DNA of 30,447 nucleotides from a virus: UHGV virus genome UHGV-0176192; one strand, 5' to 3'. Shown piece by piece: positions 25,091 to 30,447 of this stretch (position 1 is its first letter; each line of letters starts with the position of its first letter). The notes under the pieces were generated by a model. It saw only the letters and a program-made list of their open reading frames with translations, ran no database searches and was not told where the DNA came from. The position numbers and the translations under genes were made by a program.

Positions 25091-25416
25091 AAACGTTTCA
25101 CTGGAAGGTAAAACCTGGTATGGAGGTGGCTTCGACTCCTTTAGTCAGGGAAGTACGTTTTGGGGATGGTTACTCCCAGCGAGCGCCTGCCGGGCTGAAT
25201 GCCGACCTGAAAACGTACAGCGTGACGCTTTCTGTCCCCCGTTGGGAGGCCACGGCGCTGGAGTCGTTTCTGGCAGAGCACGGGGGCTGGAAAGCCTTTC
25301 TGTGGACGCCGCCTTATGGCTACCGGCAGATAAAGGTGACCTGCGCAAAATGGTCGTCGCGGGTCAGTATGCTGCGTGTTGAGTTCAGTGCAGAGTTTGA
25401 ACAGGTGGTGAACTGA
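25087..25416 (+). CDS. minor tail protein M-like
   Basis: 109 aa, same size and position as lambda M; ATGA overlap with H. Confidence 0.85.
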   Translation: MKTFHWKVKPGMEVASTPLVREVRFGDGYSQRAPAGLNADLKTYSVTLSVPRWEATALESFLAEHGGWKAFLWTPPYGYRQIKVTCAKWSSRVSMLRVEFSAEFEQVVN

Positions 25417-26114
25417 TGCAGGATATCCGGCAGGAAACACTGAATGAATGCACCCGTGCGGAGCAGTCGGCCAGCGTGGTGCTCTGGGAAATCGATCTGA
25501 CAGAGGTCGGTGGAGAACGTTATTTTTTCTGTAATGAGCAGAACGAAAAAGGTGAGCCGGTCACCTGGCAGGGGCGACAGTATCAGCCGTATCCCATTCA
25601 GGGGAGTGGTTTTGAACTGAATGGCAAAGGCACCAGTACGCGCCCCACGCTGACGGTTTCTAACCTGTACGGTATGGTCACCGGGATGGCGGAAGATCTG
25701 CAGAGTCTGGTCGGCGGAACGGTGGTCCGGCGTAAGGTTTACGCCCGTTTTCTGGATGCGGTGAACTTCGTCAACGGAAACAGTGACGCCGATCCGGAGC
25801 AGGAGGTGATCAGCCGCTGGCGCATCGAGCAGTGCAGCGAACTGAGCGCGGTCAGTGCCTCCTTTGTACTGTCCACGCCGACGGAAACGGATGGCGCTGT
25901 TTTTCCGGGACGTATCATGCTGGCCAACACCTGCACCTGGACCTATCGCGGTGATGAGTGCGGTTATCACGGTCCGGCGGTCGCGGATGAATATGACCAG
26001 CCGACGTCCGATATCACGAAGGATAAATGCAGCAAATGCCTGAGTGGCTGTAAGTTTCGCAATAACGTCGGCAACTTTGGCGGCTTCCTTTCCATTAACA
26101 AACTTTCGCAGTAA
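25416..26114 (+). CDS. minor tail protein L-like
   Basis: 232 aa, same size and position as lambda L; C-terminal Cys cluster (CGYHG...CSKCLSGC). Confidence 0.85.
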   Translation: MQDIRQETLNECTRAEQSASVVLWEIDLTEVGGERYFFCNEQNEKGEPVTWQGRQYQPYPIQGSGFELNGKGTSTRPTLTVSNLYGMVTGMAEDLQSLVGGTVVRRKVYARFLDAVNFVNGNSDADPEQEVISRWRIEQCSELSAVSASFVLSTPTETDGAVFPGRIMLANTCTWTYRGDECGYHGPAVADEYDQPTSDITKDKCSKCLSGCKFRNNVGNFGGFLSINKLSQ

Positions 26115-26119
26115 ATCCC

Positions 26120-26863
26120 ATGACAGAGACAGAATCAGCGATTCTGGCGCACGCCCGGCGATGTGCGCCAGCGGAGTCGTGCGGCTTCGTGGTGAGAACG
26201 CCGGAGGGAGAAAGATATTTTCCCTGCGTGAATATCTCCGGTGAGCCGGAGGAGTATTTCAGGCTGTCGCCGGAGGACTGGCTGCGGGCAGAGATGCAGG
26301 GTGAGATTGTGGCTCTGGTCCACAGCCACCCCGGCGGTCTGCCCTGGCTGAGTGAGGCTGACCGCCGGCTGCAGGTGCAGAGTGATTTGCCGTGGTGGCT
26401 GGTCTGCCGGGGTGAGATTCATAAATTCCGCTGTGTGCCGCATCTTACCGGGCGGTGCTTTGAGCACGGGGTGACGGACTGTTACACGCTGTTCCGGGAT
26501 GCTTACCATCTGGCGGGGGTTGAGATGCCGGATTTTCATCGTGAGGATGACTGGTGGCGTAACGGCCAGAATCTCTATCTGGATAATCTGGAGGCAACGG
26601 GGCTGTATCAGGTGCCGTTGTCAGCGGCGCAGCCGGGCGATGTGCTGCTGTGCTGTTTTGGTTCATCGGTGCCGAATCATGCCGCCATTTACTGTGGTGA
26701 CGGCGAGCTGCTGCACCATATTCCTGAACAACTGAGCAAACGAGAGAGGTATACCGACAAATGGCAGCGACGCACACACTCCCTCTGGCGTCACCGGGCA
26801 TGGCACGCATCTGCCTTTACGGGGATTTACAACGATTTGGCCGCCGCATCGATCTGCGTGTGA
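26120..26863 (+). CDS. tail assembly protein K-like (JAB/MPN plus NlpC/P60-like)
   Basis: Motifs ALVHSHPGG (JAB-like) and a Cys/His pair (TDCYTL...HAAIY) consistent with lambda K-type proteins; map position. Confidence 0.85.
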   Translation: MTETESAILAHARRCAPAESCGFVVRTPEGERYFPCVNISGEPEEYFRLSPEDWLRAEMQGEIVALVHSHPGGLPWLSEADRRLQVQSDLPWWLVCRGEIHKFRCVPHLTGRCFEHGVTDCYTLFRDAYHLAGVEMPDFHREDDWWRNGQNLYLDNLEATGLYQVPLSAAQPGDVLLCCFGSSVPNHAAIYCGDGELLHHIPEQLSKRERYTDKWQRRTHSLWRHRAWHASAFTGIYNDLAAASICV

Positions 26864-27408
26864 AAACGGGGGCCGAAGCCATCCGGGCGCTGGCCATGCA
26901 GATCCCGGCGTTTCGTCAGAAGTTGAGCGACGGCTGGTATCAGGTACGCATTGCCGGGCGCGATGCAGGTGAAACGGAATTATCAGCCCGTCTTAATGAA
27001 CCGCTGGCAAATGGTGCTGTGATCCATATCGTGCCGCGTCTGGCAGGAGCCAAAAGTGGCGGCGTGTTTCAGGCTGTGCTGGGGGCTGCGCTGATTGCGG
27101 TGGCATGGTGGAACCCTGTGGGCTGGCTGGGTGCCGCGGCTGTATCGGGTATGTATGCGGCAGGGGCCAGTATGATCCTGGGCGGTGTGGCGCAGATGCT
27201 GGCACCGAAAGCCAGAACTCCCCGCACACAGGCAACAGATAACGGCAAACAGAACACCTATTTTTCTTCACTGGATAATATGGTTGCCCAGGGCAATGTC
27301 CTGCCCGTTCTGTACGGTGAAATGCGTGTGGGGTCGCGGGTGGTATCTCAGGAGATCAGCACGGCAGATGAAGGTGATGGTGGTCAGGTTGTGGTGATTG
27401 GTCGCTGA
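26761..27408 (+). CDS. tail assembly protein I-like
   Basis: 215-aa ORF overlapping the end of K, with hydrophobic Gly/Ala-rich central region; lambda I position. Confidence 0.8.
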   Translation: MAATHTLPLASPGMARICLYGDLQRFGRRIDLRVKTGAEAIRALAMQIPAFRQKLSDGWYQVRIAGRDAGETELSARLNEPLANGAVIHIVPRLAGAKSGGVFQAVLGAALIAVAWWNPVGWLGAAAVSGMYAAGASMILGGVAQMLAPKARTPRTQATDNGKQNTYFSSLDNMVAQGNVLPVLYGEMRVGSRVVSQEISTADEGDGGQVVVIGR

Positions 27409-27468
27409 TGCAAAATGTTTTATGTGAAACCGCCTCCGGGCGGTTTTGTCGTTTATGGAGCATGACGA

Positions 27469-30447
27469 ATGGGTAAAGGCAGCAGTAAGGGGCATACCCC
27501 GCGCGAAGCGAAGGACAACCTGAAGTCCACGCAGCTGCTGAGTGTGATCGATGCCATCAGCGAAGGGCCGGTTGAAGGTCCGGTGGATGGATTAAAAAGC
27601 GTGCTGCTGAACAGTACGCCGGTGCTGGACAGTGAGGGGAATACCAATATATCCGGCGTCACGGTGGTGTTCCGGGCCGGTGAGCAGGAGCAGACACCGC
27701 CGGAGGGATTTGAATCCTCCGGCTCCGAGACGGTGCTCGGTACAGAAGTGAAATATGACACGCCGATCACCCGGACCATCACGTCGGCAAACATTGACCG
27801 TCTGCGTTTTACTTTCGGCGTGCAGGCACTGGTGGAAACCACCTCAAAGGGGGACAGGAATCCATCGGAAGTCCGCCTGCTGGTTCAGATACAACGTAAC
27901 GGTGGCTGGGTGACGGAAAAAGACATCACCATTAAGGGTAAAACCACTTCACAGTATCTGGCCTCGGTGGTGGTGGTGGATAACCTGCCGCCGCGCCCGT
28001 TTAATATCCGGATGCGCAGGATGACGCCGGACAGCACCACAGACCAGCTGCAGAACAAAACGCTCTGGTCGTCATACACCGAAATCATCGATGTGAAACA
28101 GTGCTACCCGAACACGGCACTGGTCGGCGTGCAGGTGGACTCGGAGCAGTTCGGCAGCCAGCAGGTGAGCCGTAATTATCATCTTCGCGGGCGCATTCTG
28201 CAGGTGCCGTCGAACTATAACCCGCAGACGCGGCAATACAGCGGTATCTGGGACGGAACGTTTAAGCCAGCATACAGCAACAACATGGCCTGGTGTCTGT
28301 GGGATATGCTGACCCACCCGCGCTACGGCATGGGGAAACGTCTTGGTGCGGCGGATGTGGATAAATGGGCGCTGTATGTCATCGGCCAGTGTTGCGACCA
28401 GTCGGTGCCGGACGGTTTTGGCGGCACGGAGCCGCGCATCACCTGTAATGCCTGGCTGACCACGCAGCGTAAGGCGTGGGATGTGCTCAGTGATTTCTGC
28501 TCGGCGATGCGCTGTATGCCGGTATGGAACGGGCAGACGCTGACGTTCGTGCAGGACCGACCATCGGATAAGGTGTGGACCTATAACCGCAGTAATGTGG
28601 TGATGCCGGATGATGGCGCGCCGTTCCGCTACAGCTTCAGCGCCCTGAAGGACCGCCATAATGCCGTTGAGGTGAACTGGATTGACCCGGATAACGGCTG
28701 GGAGACGGCGACAGAGCTTGTTGAAGATACGCAGGCCATTGCCCGTTACGGTCGTAACGTCACGAAGATGGATGCCTTTGGCTGTACCAGCCGGGGGCAG
28801 GCACACCGCGCCGGGCTGTGGCTGATTAAAACGGAACTGCTGGAAACGCAGACCGTGGACTTCAGCGTGGGTGCAGAAGGGCTTCGCCATGTACCGGGCG
28901 ATGTCATTGAAATCTGCGATGATGACTATGCGGGTATCAGCATCGGCGGGCGCGTGCTGGCGGTGAACAGCCAGACCCGGACGCTGACGCTCGACCGTGA
29001 AATCACGCTGCCATCCTCCGGTACCACGCTGATAAGCCTGGTTGACGGAAGTGGCAATCCGGTCAGCGTGGAGGTCCAGTCCGTCACCGACGGCGTGAAG
29101 GTAAAAGTGAGCCGTGTTCCTGACGGCGTTGCAGAATACAGCGTGTGGGGGCTGAAGTTGCCGACGTTGCGCCAGCGCCTGTTCCGCTGTGTGAGTATCC
29201 GTGAGAACGATGACGGCACGTATGCCATCACTGCCGTGCAGCATGCACCGGAAAAAGAGGCCATCGTGGATAACGGGGCGCACTTTGACGGCGACCAGAG
29301 CGGCACGGTGAATGGTGTCACGCCGCCAGCGGTGCAGCACCTGACTGCCGAAGTCACCGCAGACAGCGGGGAATATCAGGTGCTGGCGCGCTGGGACACG
29401 CCGAAGGTGGTGAAGGGCGTGAGCTTTCTGCTTCGCCTGACCGTGGCAGCGGATGACGGCAGTGAGCGGCTGGTCAGCACGGCCCGGACGACGGAAACCA
29501 CATATCGCTTCACGCAACTGGCGCTGGGGCGTTACACGCTGACAGTCCGGGCGGTAAATGCATGGGGGCAGCAGGGCGATCCGGCATCGGTATCGTTCCG
29601 GATTGCCGCACCTGCAGCGCCGTCGCGGATTGAGCTGACGCCGGGCTATTTTCAGATAACCGCCACGCCGCATCTTGCCGTTTATGACCCGACGGTACAG
29701 TTTGAGTTCTGGTTCTCGGAAAAGCGGATTACCGATATCAGGCAGGTTGAAACCACAGCCCGCTATCTTGGCACGGCGCTGTACTGGATAGCCGCCAGTA
29801 TCAATATTAAGCCGGGCCATGATTATTATTTTTACGTTCGCAGTGTGAACACAGTCGGCAAATCGGCATTCGTGGAGGCTGTCGGTCGGGCGAGCGATGA
29901 TGCGGAAGGTTACCTGGATTTTTTCAAAGGAGAAATCGGGAAAACCCATCTGGCCCAGGAGCTGTGGGCGCAGATTGATAACGGTCAGCTTGCGCCGGAC
30001 CTGGCTGAAATCAGGACGTCCATTACGAATGTCAGCAATGAAATCACGCAGACCGTCAATAAAAAACTGGAAAATCAGAGTGCGGCAATCCAGCAGATAC
30101 AGAAAGTTCAGGTTGATACAAATAATAATCTGAACAGCATGTGGGCTGTGAAGCTGCAACAGATGAAGGACGGACGCCTTTATATTGCGGGTATCGGTGC
30201 CGGTATTGAGAATACGCCAGCAGGAATGCAGAGTCAGGTGCTGCTGGCGGCAGACAGGATTGCGATGATTAATCCTGCGAATGGCAACACAAAGCCGATG
30301 TTTGTTGGTCAGGGCGATCAGATATTTATGAACGACGTGTTCCTGAAACGCCTGACGGCCCCCACCATTACCAGCGGCGGTAATCCACCGGCATTTTCCC
30401 TGACACCGGACGGGCGGCTGACGGCGAAAAATGCCGATATCAGCGGT
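27469..30447 (+). CDS. host specificity / central tail fibre protein J-like (3' end truncated by window)
   Basis: Begins [54 protein letters not shown], nearly identical to the lambda J N-terminus as I recall it; the frame stays open to the last base of the window. Confidence 0.9.
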   Translation, partial: MGKGSSKGHTPREAKDNLKSTQLLSVIDAISEGPVEGPVDGLKSVLLNSTPVLDSEGNTNISGVTVVFRAGEQEQTPPEGFESSGSETVLGTEVKYDTPITRTITSANIDRLRFTFGVQALVETTSKGDRNPSEVRLLVQIQRNGGWVTEKDITIKGKTTSQYLASVVVVDNLPPRPFNIRMRRMTPDSTTDQLQNKTLWSSYTEIIDVKQCYPNTALVGVQVDSEQFGSQQVSRNYHLRGRILQVPSNYNPQTRQYSGIWDGTFKPAYSNNMAWCLWDMLTHPRYGMGKRLGAADVDKWALYVIGQCCDQSVPDGFGGTEPRITCNAWLTTQRKAWDVLSDFCSAMRCMPVWNGQTLTFVQDRPSDKVWTYNRSNVVMPDDGAPFRYSFSALKDRHNAVEVNWIDPDNGWETATELVEDTQAIARYGRNVTKMDAFGCTSRGQAHRAGLWLIKTELLETQTVDFSVGAEGLRHVPGDVIEICDDDYAGISIGGRVLAVNSQTRTLTLDREITLPSSGTTLISLVDGSGNPVSVEVQSVTDGVKVKVSRVPDGVAEYSVWGLKLPTLRQRLFRCVSIRENDDGTYAITAVQHAPEKEAIVDNGAHFDGDQSGTVNGVTPPAVQHLTAEVTADSGEYQVLARWDTPKVVKGVSFLLRLTVAADDGSERLVSTARTTETTYRFTQLALGRYTLTVRAVNAWGQQGDPASVSFRIAAPAAPSRIELTPGYFQITATPHLAVYDPTVQFEFWFSEKRITDIRQVETTARYLGTALYWIAASINIKPGHDYYFYVRSVNTVGKSAFVEAVGRASDDAEGYLDFFKGEIGKTHLAQELWAQIDNGQLAPDLAEIRTSITNVSNEITQTVNKKLENQSAAIQQIQKVQVDTNNNLNSMWAVKLQQMKDGRLYIAGIGAGIENTPAGMQSQVLLAADRIAMINPANGNTKPMFVGQGDQIFMNDVFLKRLTAPTITSGGNPPAFSLTPDGRLTAKNADISG

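Noticed and set aside
28072-30159. 695-aa ORF on the minus strand
   Set aside because: Lies entirely antisense to the J-like tail fibre gene, whose + strand frame has a lambda-J-like N-terminus and stays open to the window end. Its Arg/Pro/Ala/Gly-rich, low-complexity translation is typical of spurious antisense frames in GC-rich coding DNA.

Overview
This window reads as a contiguous segment of a lambda-like (lambdoid) prophage of an enterobacterial host, almost entirely on the + strand. From left to right: (1) a nin-like early/delayed-early region of tightly coupled small genes (HNH endonuclease, several hypotheticals, a DUF2335-like membrane protein, a DUF968-like protein, RusA resolvase) containing a Hok/Gef-family type I toxin locus; (2) a short Q-like antiterminator; (3) a visibly AT-rich two-gene cassette on the opposite strand (a 342-aa soluble protein plus a 191-aa four-helix membrane protein), which I flag as the best candidate for an undescribed accessory or defence module; (4) an orphan DPPY-type DNA amino-methyltransferase and two tRNA genes (Thr-UGU, Gly-UCC); (5) a terminator-rich leader followed by a lysis cassette (two holin-like membrane proteins, an M15-type peptidase endolysin, an Rz-like lipoprotein); (6) a candidate cos site closely resembling lambda cosQ/cosN about 195 bp upstream of the small terminase; (7) a lambda-ordered morphogenesis block: small and large terminase, W-like, portal, ClpP-protease/capsid fusion, FII-like, Z, U, V, G, T (with -1 frameshift geometry), H tape measure, M, L, K, I, and J truncated at the window end. 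All calls rest on reading the translated ORFs and the DNA by eye; no database search was run, so family names are recollection-based and starts are chosen from RBS and overlap geometry.
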